A stretch of 64,000 nt of DNA from an uncultured Cryomorphaceae bacterium (GTDB lineage: Bacteria; Bacteroidota; Bacteroidia; Flavobacteriales; UBA7430). Of this stretch, positions 1-10,100 are shown piece after piece (the stretch's first letter is position 1; the number at the start of each line of letters is the position of its first letter). The position numbers and the translations under genes were made by a program. The notes under the pieces are model-generated. The model was not told the origin of the DNA. It saw only the letters and a list, made by a program, of their open reading frames with translations, and searched no databases. The stretch lies in the NCBI GenBank assembly GCA_964516765.1, contig CAZEWZ010000003.1, positions 78,692 through 142,691 of the forward strand. The letters are read 5' to 3'.

Positions 1-486
1 CGGAGTTAATGTTTCTTGTTTTGCATCCACTATTGCTTTAACCATTCCAAGTAGTACATGATCCATTTCTCCATGATTATAGTTTTTTTCTCCGGATTGT
101 TTTCCTGTGTATACTTTTAAGGGCAGTATTCCGAATGCATCAATCATTTCAGTCACATCGTGAAATGCTCCTCCTGCGCCAAAATTTAAGTTCCCGTGCA
201 TACGCACATACTTATTCGCTTTGTCAGAGTATGTATTTCTTACAATAAACATTTCAGATAATTCGTGTTTTCCTCCTCCTAATCTAATAATTTCAGATTC
301 TATAAATGAAAGTGCAGAAAAACTCCAACAAGTACCGGTTCTTCCCTGATTCTGAACATCTGAAGCTTCAATATCAGTGAGTACTTTGAAGTTATATTCG
401 CTACCTTCTTTGTTAGATATTTTGTCCTGTGCTTGAACGCTTATGAGTAACCCAACTAAAGCAAATCGGAATGTGATTTTTTTCAT
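1..486 (-). CDS. C1-family cysteine peptidase (aminopeptidase C / bleomycin hydrolase-like). Only the N-terminal 162 codons are present; the rest lies beyond the window edge.
   Basis: Not in the ORF track because it runs off the window. Reverse-strand ATG at 484-486. Hand translation gives MKKITFRFALVGLLISVQAQ (signal peptide), then QNQGRTGTCWSFSALSFIESE, the catalytic-Cys motif of papain-like C1 peptidases. The frame stays open to position 1. Confidence 0.75.
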   Translation of the reverse strand, partial: MKKITFRFALVGLLISVQAQDKISNKEGSEYNFKVLTDIEASDVQNQGRTGTCWSFSALSFIESEIIRLGGGKHELSEMFIVRNTYSDKANKYVRMHGNLNFGAGGAFHDVTEMIDAFGILPLKVYTGKQSGEKNYNHGEMDHVLLGMVKAIVDAKQETLTP

Positions 487-532
487 TTGATTATTAATTT
501 TATATATGTTTTGTATTTTCAAAAAATACCTG

Positions 533-2290
533 CTAATCAATTGAAAATTGAAGAGGCATTCTTGCCTGAATTCCATTTATTTCTTTCAAGTCATTAAGCG
601 TCTTATAATATTTGAATTGACTACCAAGTTGATATCTTAGCCATGAGGTTTGCATATCTTCTCCCAAAGTTTCAATTAATTGTTGAAATGGGTCTTTCTG
701 TTCGGGCAACTCAATAAGCCTATAGTCATCTAATTCAGCAAGCTCTGCTGCACCTATGATAGATTGTTCTAACCCTCCAAACTCATCAATCAAATCAATC
801 TCTATTGCATTAGCACCACTCCAAACTCTACCCTGTCCAATTTCGTCAACATTTTCTTGACTCATATTTCTTGCGGAAGCAACTTTTGAGGTAAAAGTGT
901 TATATACATCTTCAACCCCTTCTTGAATAATTGCATATTCATTATCTGTTAAAGGCCGATTTGAGCTACCTATATCAGCAAATTTATTTGTTTTTACCTG
1001 ATCAAATGTGAGTCCTAACTTTTCAGTGAATAACTCTTCAAAAGAGAACATCAATCCAAATACTCCAATAGAGCCTGTGATAGTATTTGGAGAAGCATAA
1101 ATTTTATCTGATGCACATGCTATATAATATCCCCCAGATGCAGCCAAATCCCCCATTGAAACAACGACTATTTTTTTATTTTTTGCTAAAATCATTTCCC
1201 TCCAAATGACATCTGAAGCCAATGCACTCCCTCCTGGGGAGTTAACTCTAAGTACAATTGCTTTTACTTTTTCATCTTCTCGTGCTTTTCTAATTGCCTT
1301 AGAAATTCTTTCTGATCCAATCACAGTTTCACTTCCATCTCCAGAAACAATATCTCCTTGAGCATATATAACAGCAATTTTATCTTTTTTAAATTTTTTT
1401 CTAGCATTTTCATTATTCACATTTTCATACTCAGAAAGTTTTATAAAATTAATCTTTTCATAAAAATCTTCATTAGTTAAATGGGCGAGATGCTCATGAA
1501 ATTGGTCTTTGTAAAATAAGCTATCTATTAGATTTAATTTTACAGCATCTTGAGGAGTTTTTAACTCAAAATTGTCAATTACTTCATTGAGTCTATTAAC
1601 AGAAATCCCTCTATTCAGAGCAATATTTTTAGTATAAGTATCCCATAATGAGCCTAAATATGTTTCTACCTGTACGCGATTAGCACTACTCATCTCAGTA
1701 AGCATAAATGGTTCTACAGCACTTTTAAATTTACCATGTCTTATTACTTGAGGTTCGATTCCCATTTTTTTGAGTGCATCTGTAAAGAACACAACGGTGC
1801 TATTAAAACCTTTTAAATCCAGTACTCCCTCAGGATACATACAGATATAATCAGCTACACTGGCTAAATAATAAGCTCTTTGAGAATAAATCTCTGAATA
1901 TGTAGTAATGAATTTACCTGATTCTTTAAAATTTAATAGGGCATTTCTTATTTCCTCTAGGCTCGCATAGCCTGAAGATATTTGACCTAAATCAAGAAGG
2001 ATACCTGTTATAAATTCATCTTTTTTAGCTTTTTTAATATTTCTCAAAATTTCGTTGAGTCCAATGATATCTGTGTTTTGACCAGTTATTTCAGCTAAAT
2101 CAAAGACTTTTTTCTCTCTACGGTCTTGAATCGTTCCACTTAAATCTAGTTTGAGAACATGCTTCTCACTTAGTGTGATTTTGTTGGAATCTCCAGAAGA
2201 TGCGATGATTGAACCAATTAGAATAAGCAAAAATATTCCGATGATTAGGCCTAAAGCGGAAGCAATAGTAAATTTAAAAAATTGTTTCAT
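533..2290 (-). CDS. sppA: Signal peptide peptidase SppA, 67K type (S49 family)
   Basis: 585 aa with an N-terminal membrane anchor and two tandem S49/ClpP-like halves (SPGGSALASD, GDLAASGGYYIA). Confidence 0.9.
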   Translation of the reverse strand: MKQFFKFTIASALGLIIGIFLLILIGSIIASSGDSNKITLSEKHVLKLDLSGTIQDRREKKVFDLAEITGQNTDIIGLNEILRNIKKAKKDEFITGILLDLGQISSGYASLEEIRNALLNFKESGKFITTYSEIYSQRAYYLASVADYICMYPEGVLDLKGFNSTVVFFTDALKKMGIEPQVIRHGKFKSAVEPFMLTEMSSANRVQVETYLGSLWDTYTKNIALNRGISVNRLNEVIDNFELKTPQDAVKLNLIDSLFYKDQFHEHLAHLTNEDFYEKINFIKLSEYENVNNENARKKFKKDKIAVIYAQGDIVSGDGSETVIGSERISKAIRKAREDEKVKAIVLRVNSPGGSALASDVIWREMILAKNKKIVVVSMGDLAASGGYYIACASDKIYASPNTITGSIGVFGLMFSFEELFTEKLGLTFDQVKTNKFADIGSSNRPLTDNEYAIIQEGVEDVYNTFTSKVASARNMSQENVDEIGQGRVWSGANAIEIDLIDEFGGLEQSIIGAAELAELDDYRLIELPEQKDPFQQLIETLGEDMQTSWLRYQLGSQFKYYKTLNDLKEINGIQARMPLQFSID

Positions 2291-2382
2291 TTTTTATTTT
2301 TTATTTTTGTAATAATATAAATATATTTTCAAAAAAATCCTTTCAATGTCAAAGATTGTTATATAAATTGATTTTTTGAATA

Positions 2383-4392
2383 TTAATCTAGGTGATTTTT
2401 TAATTGTTTAATGGAATCTCTTAAACGGGCAGCTTCAATAAAGTTTAGTTCCTTAGATGCATTAACCATTGCGTTTCTTAACTCTTTCATTTTATTTAAT
2501 TTTTCTTTAGCGCTCATGTATTTTAATTCTTCTTCACTAAAAATAATTAAGTCTGTATCAGATTTATTCTTACTGCTCCCTGTTTTTCCAATAATAGATG
2601 ATCTGTCTCTAATACTTTCTTTTGATTTTTTAATAGAAAAGGGAATCTGGTTGTTCTCGTTATTGAAAGCTATTTGAATTTTCCTCTTTCTTTTGTTGTC
2701 CTCTATTGTTCGTCTCATTGATTCAGTAGTTTTGTCCGCGTAAAAAATTGCTCTTCCTTTTGTATGACGAGCTGCTCTACCTACAGTTTGAGTCAAAGAT
2801 CTTTGAGACCTCAAGAATCCCTCTTTATCCGCGTCTAAAATTGCCACCAATGAAACCTCAGGAAGATCGAGTCCTTCTCTCAAAAGATTTACTCCTATCA
2901 ACACATCAAACACTCCCAATCGAAGATCTTGCATTATTTCTACACGCTCAATAGTATCTATATCAGAATGAATATACCTACATCTTACGCCATATTTAGT
3001 TAGGTATATAGTTAATTCTTCAGCCATTCTTTTGGTTAGTGTTGTGACCAGAATACGTTCCTCATTGTCTACTATTATTGTGATTTCATTTAGTAGGTCA
3101 TCAATTTGATTTTTAGTAGGTCGAATTTCAATTATTGGATCAAGAAGACCAGTAGGACGGATTAGTTGTTCTACAATAACTCCTTCAGATTGTTCTAATT
3201 CATAATCTGCGGGAGTGGCACTCACAAATACTGCTTGAGGAACAATGGCTTTAAATTCTTCAAATTTTAGAGGGCGATTGTCCATGGCGGCTGGAAGTCG
3301 GAAACCATATTCTACAAGATTCTCCTTTCTTGATCGGTCTCCACCATACATTGCCCTAACTTGGGGTAGGGTAACATGACTTTCGTCTACAAAAAGCATA
3401 AAATTATTTGGGAAATAATCTATCAAACAGAAAGGTCGAGTTCCGGGTTCTCGACCATCTAGATATCTGGAGTAATTTTCAATCCCTGAACAATATCCAA
3501 GTTCTTGAATCATCTCTAAATCAAAGTTTACCCGCTCTTCTAGTCTTTTTGCTTCTAAATGTTTTCCAATTTCTTTGAAATAGTCAACTTGTTTTATTAG
3601 ATCTGTCTTGATGTCATGCTTGGCTTCATCTAGGCGATCTTTTGAGGTGATAAAGATGTTCGCTGGATATATTTTAAGATGGTCAAAGCTATCAATTTTA
3701 AGTCCTGTAATGGGATCAAATGATTCCAGAGACTCCACCTCATCATCCCAAATCATAATTCGTAATCCAAAATCAGAATAAGCTGGAAAGATATCAATTG
3801 AATCCCCTTTAACTCTGAACTGTCCTCTTTCTAAACTTATTTCAGTTCTTGAGTAAAGGGAAGCTACAAGATTTAAAAGCAGTTCTTGTCGATTAATTTT
3901 TTGATCGAGTTTTAATTCAATTACATTTTTATGAAACTCAGCGGGGTTTCCAATTCCATATATACATGAAACAGAGGAAATGACAACCACATCTTTTCTT
4001 CCAGAAAGAAGTGTAGATGAAGTACTAAGTCTGAGTTTTTCAATTTCTTCATTAATTGATAAATCTTTCTCAATATAAACACCAGAGTGAGGTATATAAG
4101 CTTCAGGTTGATAATAATCGTAGTAGGATACAAAATATTCTACGGCATTATTTGGGAAAAACTCTTTAAATTCTCCATATAATTGAGCTGCTAGAGTTTT
4201 GTTATGACATAAAATAAGAGTTGGTCGATTAACCTCTTTAATCACATTGGCCATAGTAAAGGTTTTACCAGACCCTGTGACCCCCTGAAGAGTCTGATAT
4301 GGAATCTCTCTATTTAAACCTTCTACAATCTCTTGTATTGCTTTAGGTTGATCTCCTGTTGGACTAAAATCAGAAACAAGTTCAAAATTCAT
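2383..4392 (-). CDS. uvrB: Excinuclease ABC subunit B
   Basis: 669 aa with Walker A GVTGSGKTFT, helicase motifs and a C-terminal UVR motif (FIEAARLRDSIKQLK). Confidence 0.97.
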   Translation of the reverse strand: MNFELVSDFSPTGDQPKAIQEIVEGLNREIPYQTLQGVTGSGKTFTMANVIKEVNRPTLILCHNKTLAAQLYGEFKEFFPNNAVEYFVSYYDYYQPEAYIPHSGVYIEKDLSINEEIEKLRLSTSSTLLSGRKDVVVISSVSCIYGIGNPAEFHKNVIELKLDQKINRQELLLNLVASLYSRTEISLERGQFRVKGDSIDIFPAYSDFGLRIMIWDDEVESLESFDPITGLKIDSFDHLKIYPANIFITSKDRLDEAKHDIKTDLIKQVDYFKEIGKHLEAKRLEERVNFDLEMIQELGYCSGIENYSRYLDGREPGTRPFCLIDYFPNNFMLFVDESHVTLPQVRAMYGGDRSRKENLVEYGFRLPAAMDNRPLKFEEFKAIVPQAVFVSATPADYELEQSEGVIVEQLIRPTGLLDPIIEIRPTKNQIDDLLNEITIIVDNEERILVTTLTKRMAEELTIYLTKYGVRCRYIHSDIDTIERVEIMQDLRLGVFDVLIGVNLLREGLDLPEVSLVAILDADKEGFLRSQRSLTQTVGRAARHTKGRAIFYADKTTESMRRTIEDNKRKRKIQIAFNNENNQIPFSIKKSKESIRDRSSIIGKTGSSKNKSDTDLIIFSEEELKYMSAKEKLNKMKELRNAMVNASKELNFIEAARLRDSIKQLKNHLD

Positions 4393-4437
4393 ATGGACGG
4401 CAATGAGAAAAAGGCATCATTAATGATACCATTATGG

Positions 4438-6447
4438 TTATAAACTCTTTATAAAAGCCATCTGAAATGTTAATTCCACTAACTTATCTTTTTGATTATC
4501 AATATTTTTTTTAACATCAACAACCATAGGATTATCTTCTTTTGCATGTTTAAAAAAGCTAATGTTGTTTTCTAGAAGAGAGAGTTCGTTCTTACATTTT
4601 TTTAAAGACTGCTGAATTTTGAAAAGTTCGTCATTTAATTTAGTTTCGTTACCATCGGCAACAATAGATTGTATCTTGAATTTGAATTGAAAATCTCTTT
4701 TTTCCGATTTGTTAATGTCAAGTACCTTAAAGAACACATCTATAGACTTTCGGAAACTATTCTCTATGAGTTTTATGTTTTTGCGAGGAACTTTTCCAAT
4801 TTCTTTCCATTCAGAAATTAGATTTTTAATATAATCAAGATCTTTTTCAGGCTTATCTGTGTTTTTAAATTTTGCTAAAGTTTTTAAAATATTTTCTTTT
4901 TTTTCTAGATTAATCTGATATTCTTTGTCTAGAATCTCATTCTGTTTTTTTAGGTTTTCAAAAAATATATTACATGAAGTTTTTAATCTATTCCAAAGCG
5001 CATCTGACTCTTTTCTAGGAGCAACTCCAGAATTTTTCCAGTCGTTTTGAAGTTTTTTAAGTGTACTAGCAGTACTTTTCCATTCGGTGCTGTTTGATAA
5101 TGACTCAGCTTGCTCTACTAGCTTTATTTTGGCTTGAAGTGATTGATTTTTATTTTTCTTTAATTGTTTGTAATATTCATTTTTTTTCAAATTAAAAATT
5201 TTGATAGCAGCAGTAAAACGAGTCCATGAAATATCGTTTTGAACTCGACTCACTGATCCAATTTTTTTCCAATCTTCTCGCATTTGATTGACATAGATAG
5301 AAACTTTTTGCCATGCATTATGATGTAAAAAATCAGAAAAGTCAATGTTTTCTAGCTCTTTACACAAAGAAATTTTTTGTTCGAAATGGATTTCAAATTC
5401 TTCCTTTCTTCTTTCATAAAAATCATTTCTTTTTTTGTGAATAATTTTTGTTGCTGTCTGGAATCTTTCCCATATTTCTTCACGATTTGATTTTCCAACA
5501 GGTCCAATTTCTTTCCATTTTTCATGGAGAGTCTGAAGACTTGAAAATGCGGTTTCTAAATTTTCCTCTCTGTCTAATGCTTCAGTCATAAGACACAATT
5601 CAGTTTTTTGCACTAAATTTCTTTTAAATTCAATGTCTCTTAAGTCATTATTAATCCTTAGATAATCAAAGAAATTTTCGACATGATGATTATAAGTATT
5701 CCATAGGTTGTTTAATTCTAATTTAGGAACTTGTCCAGCAGTTTTCCATCTTTGTTGAATATCTTTAAAATGAATGAAAGTTTCTTTCATTTTTTCTTCT
5801 GCATTCAATAATCCCTTGAGTTCTTCAATTAATCCCAATTTCACTTCTAAATTATGCTTCATGTTATTCTCTTGTTCAGAATAAAATGTATCTCTTAGTA
5901 TTTTGTATGTGTTAAGTACTGCTTTGAATTCACTTGTAAAAGGAAATATATAGTCGAATTCTACAGTATCATCACCTTCATTTTTGGAAATTTTTGTATT
6001 TTGAATTACTTGAAATTTTTCTAGTTCTTCTTTGTAAGTTTGATTACTTCTCTCGTAAAATATCTTTTTCGCATTGTCTATAAATGACTTAATACTTTGA
6101 ATAGGTGCAGAGTCTAATTTGTCTTTGACTGCAGATATTAGTTGCTCAGTGTTGAGTTCTTCTAGTTGAATAATATCGACTTTAACTAGCTTCTCAGAAT
6201 CCATATTAATTAAGTGTGAATTACTGTAGGTTTTAGTATTATTTTTTAATGAGGGAGCCTTTTTAGAAGTTCGATTTGAGCTTAACGATTTAGGTTCTTC
6301 AACTTTCTTATAAGAGGCAGCCTCAATGGAATTTGTGTTTGTATCGTTAATTATCAATGGAGAGTTAATAACTTCTAATTTTTCTTCAGAATTTACTTTA
6401 GTAATAATTTTCTCATTCAATTGAATAGTTTTTTTTTTCTCTTGCAT
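4438..6447 (-). CDS. DUF349 repeat protein
   Basis: 669 aa, Lys/Glu-rich, with at least five W-K-x-I/A-G-x-V helical repeats (RWKTAGQVPK, KWKEIGPVGK, DWKKIGSVSR, DWKNSGVAPRK, EWKEIGKVPRK) typical of DUF349. Confidence 0.8.
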   Translation of the reverse strand: MQEKKKTIQLNEKIITKVNSEEKLEVINSPLIINDTNTNSIEAASYKKVEEPKSLSSNRTSKKAPSLKNNTKTYSNSHLINMDSEKLVKVDIIQLEELNTEQLISAVKDKLDSAPIQSIKSFIDNAKKIFYERSNQTYKEELEKFQVIQNTKISKNEGDDTVEFDYIFPFTSEFKAVLNTYKILRDTFYSEQENNMKHNLEVKLGLIEELKGLLNAEEKMKETFIHFKDIQQRWKTAGQVPKLELNNLWNTYNHHVENFFDYLRINNDLRDIEFKRNLVQKTELCLMTEALDREENLETAFSSLQTLHEKWKEIGPVGKSNREEIWERFQTATKIIHKKRNDFYERRKEEFEIHFEQKISLCKELENIDFSDFLHHNAWQKVSIYVNQMREDWKKIGSVSRVQNDISWTRFTAAIKIFNLKKNEYYKQLKKNKNQSLQAKIKLVEQAESLSNSTEWKSTASTLKKLQNDWKNSGVAPRKESDALWNRLKTSCNIFFENLKKQNEILDKEYQINLEKKENILKTLAKFKNTDKPEKDLDYIKNLISEWKEIGKVPRKNIKLIENSFRKSIDVFFKVLDINKSEKRDFQFKFKIQSIVADGNETKLNDELFKIQQSLKKCKNELSLLENNISFFKHAKEDNPMVVDVKKNIDNQKDKLVELTFQMAFIKSL

Positions 6448-6485
6448 CTATTAGCGAAATGGGGGTTCAGATTATTTCATTTTTA

Positions 6486-6493
6486 CAAATATA
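6486..6493 (-). promoter_or_regulatory. TAnnTTTG (-7) promoter box upstream of the DUF349-uvrB-sppA gene run
   Basis: Reverse complement reads TATATTTG, 38 nt upstream of the ATG at 6447. Confidence 0.4.
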
Positions 6494-6631
6494 GGTATTT
6501 ATGGCATTTGTGAAATTATGCCATGCAAGAAGTTTTTTGAGTTCATTTGATAATTATATTTCATAAATAGTCAATATATAAGTTAGGCTTAATATTAATG
6601 GTTTTGTAAATTTACTGACTAAAATAAAATT

Positions 6632-8116
6632 ATGTCGGTAATTGACGAATTGAGAAAAGATGGAGAGTTGATCCAAGCGTATGAATTAGCAAGATTGAGG
6701 CTTTTAAAAAACACTACTCCAGATTTAGTGAAAAAAGATTTATCTAGAGTCTTGACCGATCTTCTTCAACAGAATTGCTTTGTTTCCTGCGCAGATCAAT
6801 TCTTCTCTTATCTAGAAGAGTTTTATCATCTTAATGTACCTTTAGGAGATTCTGTTATTCATGAAAATATTATGTGGCAGGTCGGAAAGTTTATTAAAGA
6901 ACTAAACCGAGCTGAAGCTCCTTCAGAAATATTTGACCGTCTTTATAAAACAATATCGCATGTACAACTCCCATCTCAAACAAGTCTTTTTACATTTATT
7001 TCTAGTTCTGTTCTTGAGTCTCAAGAGTTAAATAAGTCATATGTTCGTTTTCTAATCAATATAGGGGTTCGGCACTTGCCCGCAAATCACTTTTTAGCTT
7101 TGAATGAAGATGGAGAAAAAAAAGCCTCTCTCGGAGAATTAATTCTTCTTTGCATAGCTAAGCATATTACTAATCAAGATAAACCTAGTTCTGAAGATAT
7201 ATCATACTTGTTGGAAGAATTGAGTTTTGTGGGTGAAAATTATAAGAATATTCCTTACATAAATTATTATAAAGCAAAAGCATATCAAGCCATTGGAGAT
7301 ATAAAAAACTCGGAAATTTCTATTTTAAATTACCTTAAAAAAAGGAGCAAGGAGTATTTAGCTTGGGAATTATTAGCTGATATAAGCGAAAACAAAGAAC
7401 GTAAAATACAAGCCCTCTGTAAAACAGTGATTTCTCATACTCGCCCCGGACAATTGATTCGATCTCAAACTAAATTATTTCACCTTTTCGTCAAAGACAA
7501 AGAATTTAGTGTAGCCAAAGCGATTTATCAAGTGATTAGTTCCTCAAAGAGAGAATTGGGAAAAAACATTACTGAGGATTGGAAAGCCATATCAAAAGAG
7601 ATTTGGTTTGAAAATGTAAAAAGAGATATTCATTTATGGAATTTTTGTTATAAGAGGTCTAATCCAATTGTATCGTATGTGTTTAATGACTGGACTGCAC
7701 AAAATGGTATTATATATGGTTTAAATGTTACTAAAGATCTAGCCGAGTTTGTAGTTTCAGATGATGTTCATGGAGCTTTTAAATATTTTGGAGATAAAGA
7801 TATGAAAGTAGGCGACTTTGTTAGTTTAAAACTCCAAAGGGTAGCTAACCATGAAGGGATAAAATATAAAGTCTTACACAATGAAAAAACTAAAAATAGG
7901 CCCAAAAGAAATGTTTATAAAGTTTTGGAAGATGAAATTAGATTAGAGGGTAATAACCATTTCGTTGGGCTAGTTCCTATTAATTTTGATTATGCAGAAT
8001 CGAAAGGGATGAAAGTCGGGCAGGTAGTCAGACTTAAAGCTGTGAAATTACCTTCTTCTAGATTTAAAGAATTAGCCAAATGGAAAGTCTTACAAATAAG
8101 TACTGTATCCAAATAG
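6632..8116 (+). CDS. Hypothetical protein with a helical (TPR-like) N-terminal region and two OB/S1-like beta modules at the C-terminus
   Basis: 494-aa ORF with no competing frame. The C-terminus shows an internal duplication: GDKDMKVGDFVSLKLQRV versus ESKGMKVGQVVRLKAVKL. I do not recognise any catalytic motif. Confidence 0.7.
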   Translation: MSVIDELRKDGELIQAYELARLRLLKNTTPDLVKKDLSRVLTDLLQQNCFVSCADQFFSYLEEFYHLNVPLGDSVIHENIMWQVGKFIKELNRAEAPSEIFDRLYKTISHVQLPSQTSLFTFISSSVLESQELNKSYVRFLINIGVRHLPANHFLALNEDGEKKASLGELILLCIAKHITNQDKPSSEDISYLLEELSFVGENYKNIPYINYYKAKAYQAIGDIKNSEISILNYLKKRSKEYLAWELLADISENKERKIQALCKTVISHTRPGQLIRSQTKLFHLFVKDKEFSVAKAIYQVISSSKRELGKNITEDWKAISKEIWFENVKRDIHLWNFCYKRSNPIVSYVFNDWTAQNGIIYGLNVTKDLAEFVVSDDVHGAFKYFGDKDMKVGDFVSLKLQRVANHEGIKYKVLHNEKTKNRPKRNVYKVLEDEIRLEGNNHFVGLVPINFDYAESKGMKVGQVVRLKAVKLPSSRFKELAKWKVLQISTVSK

Positions 8117-8244
8117 TATTTAATTGATTTATAGATTTTTGAAGAATTTCATTTTATTAATCTTAAAATTATTTTTTTTGCCATTATAATTTTATTTATG
8201 AGTAAATAAATCACCAATTCAGTCAACCAATGATTTATTCTGTG

Positions 8245-8252
8245 TATTTTTG
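8245..8252 (+). promoter_or_regulatory. TAnnTTTG (-7) promoter box for typA
   Basis: TATTTTTG, 18 nt before the ATG at 8271. Confidence 0.5.
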
Positions 8253-8270
8253 CACTCTTAAAATTAATCC

Positions 8271-10034
8271 ATGACATCTATACGAAATATTGCAATTATT
8301 GCACATGTTGACCACGGAAAAACTACTTTGGTTGACAAGATTATTCATGAATGCCAAATTATGAATCCCAGAAAAGATTCTAGTGAACTCATATTAGATA
8401 ACAATGATTTAGAGCGTGAAAGAGGAATTACGATTCTTTCAAAGAATGTGGCAGCAAATTATAAAGGTGTCAAAATTAATATCCTTGACACTCCTGGTCA
8501 CGCAGATTTTGGAGGTGAAGTGGAGCGTGTTCTGAAAATGGCTGATGGAGTTCTGTTACTTGTTGATGCTTTTGAGGGGGCTATGCCCCAAACTAGATTT
8601 GTTCTCACTAAGGCGATTGCTCTTGGATTAAAACCTATCGTTGTTGTAAATAAAGTAGATAAAGAAAACTGTACACCTGATATTGTCCAGGAGCAAGTAT
8701 TTGACTTGATGTTTAATTTAGATGCTAGTGAAGACCAGCTTGATTTTGTAACTATTTATGGCTCTTCTAAAGAGGGATGGATGAGTACAGACTGGCAAAA
8801 ACCAACCAAAGATATTGTCCCTTTATTAGATGCTGTGATTGAAAGTATTCCTGAAGCACCCTATAGACCTGGTACGCTTCAAATGCAAATTACTTCGTTA
8901 GATTTTTCAAGTTTTAAGGGTAGGATTGCCATTGGAAGAGTTTTCCGCGGTGATGTTGAAAAAGGAAAAGACTACATGCTGTGTAAGGACGGAGTAAATA
9001 AAAAAGTTAGAATCAAAGAACTCTTTGTTTTTGAAGGCCTCGGTAGAACTGAAGTTACTAAGGTCAGAAGTGGAGACCTTTGTGCAGTTATTGGTTTGGA
9101 TGATTTTGAAATTGGAGACACTCTTTCTGATATTGATGCACCTGAGCCATTGTCAAGAATATCTGTTGATGAGCCTACGATGAGTATGTTGTTTACTATT
9201 AACAATTCTCCATTTTTCGGGAAAGAAGGCAAGTTTGTAACATCTAGACATTTAAGAGATCGATTATTTAAGGAAACCGAGAAAAATCTTGCCCTAAAAG
9301 TTGAGACAACAGATTCAGAAGATAAGTTTAATGTTTACGGTAGAGGTATCCTTCACTTGTCTGTCCTTATTGAAACTATGAGAAGAGAAGGTTATGAGCT
9401 TCAGGTGGGAAAGCCACAGGTTATTGAAAAAGAAGTTGATGGAGTAAAATGCGAGCCATACGAGACTTTAGTTATAGATGTCCCTGAGCAGTTCTCAGGC
9501 AAGGCAATAGAATTGGTTACGCAAAGAAAGGGAGATCTTTTGGTTATGGAGCCTAAAGGCGATCTTCAGCATTTAGAATTTGATATTCCTTCTAGAGGAT
9601 TGATAGGATTAAGAAATAATATGCTGACTGGAACTTCAGGTCAAGCTATTATGACTCACAGATTTAGAGAGTTTTGCCCTTATAAGGGTGAAATTGTCTC
9701 CCGAACTAAAGGGTCACTTATTTCCATGGAAAAAGGCGCTTCCACAGGTTTCGCTATCAATAGGCTTCAGGATAGAGGTCGCTTTTTTGTTGAACCTACA
9801 GACATCATCTATAAAGGTCAGGTTGTTGGTGAGCATTCCAGAGATAATGATTTAGAAGTAAATCTTGTAAAAGGGAAGCAACTCACAAATATGAGAAAGT
9901 CAGGATCTGATGATGCAATGAAAATTGCGCCAAAAGTTATTTTTTCACTAGAGGAATCTATGGAATATATTGGTAAAGACGAATATTTGGAGGTCACACC
10001 TCAGAGTTTGAGGATGAGGAAAATTAATTCGTAG
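8271..10034 (+). CDS. typA: Translational GTPase TypA/BipA
   Basis: G1 AHVDHGKTT, G3 DTPGHADF, G4 NKVD, EF-G-like domain order, 587 aa. Confidence 0.95.
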   Translation: MTSIRNIAIIAHVDHGKTTLVDKIIHECQIMNPRKDSSELILDNNDLERERGITILSKNVAANYKGVKINILDTPGHADFGGEVERVLKMADGVLLLVDAFEGAMPQTRFVLTKAIALGLKPIVVVNKVDKENCTPDIVQEQVFDLMFNLDASEDQLDFVTIYGSSKEGWMSTDWQKPTKDIVPLLDAVIESIPEAPYRPGTLQMQITSLDFSSFKGRIAIGRVFRGDVEKGKDYMLCKDGVNKKVRIKELFVFEGLGRTEVTKVRSGDLCAVIGLDDFEIGDTLSDIDAPEPLSRISVDEPTMSMLFTINNSPFFGKEGKFVTSRHLRDRLFKETEKNLALKVETTDSEDKFNVYGRGILHLSVLIETMRREGYELQVGKPQVIEKEVDGVKCEPYETLVIDVPEQFSGKAIELVTQRKGDLLVMEPKGDLQHLEFDIPSRGLIGLRNNMLTGTSGQAIMTHRFREFCPYKGEIVSRTKGSLISMEKGASTGFAINRLQDRGRFFVEPTDIIYKGQVVGEHSRDNDLEVNLVKGKQLTNMRKSGSDDAMKIAPKVIFSLEESMEYIGKDEYLEVTPQSLRMRKINS

Positions 10035-10049
10035 ATCAATGAAATTAAT

Positions 10050-10082
10050 AAAATCGACCACTTTTAATGGTCGATTTTATTA
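10050..10082 (+). terminator. Intrinsic terminator after typA
   Basis: Hairpin AAAATCGACCA-CTTTTAA-TGGTCGATTTT, 11-bp stem, 16 nt after the stop. Confidence 0.65.
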
Positions 10083-10100
10083 AATGTTTATTCTTGAAAT

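Noticed and set aside
513-529. Hairpin GTATTTT-CAA-AAAATAC between sppA and the C1 peptidase gene as a possible terminator.
   Set aside because: The stem is all A/T apart from one G:C pair. On the transcribed (minus) strand it is followed by AAAACATATA rather than a U-tract. It is too weak to call.
1748-1763. The sequence GAGGTTCGATTCCCA resembles a tRNA T-arm and T-loop.
   Set aside because: The flanking bases do not form a T-stem (TGAGG versus CCCAT), and no acceptor or anticodon arms are present. The sequence lies inside the sppA coding sequence. I saw no tRNA genes elsewhere in the window.
6429-6438. Homopolymeric A10/T10 tracts within coding sequence (codons 4-7 of the DUF349 gene; also 35977-35986 in ispH) as possible slipped-strand phase-variation switches.
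   Set aside because: Such runs encode KKK in a Lys-rich, AT-rich genome. They recur in essential genes such as ispH, where phase variation is implausible. I see no sign of alternative frames.
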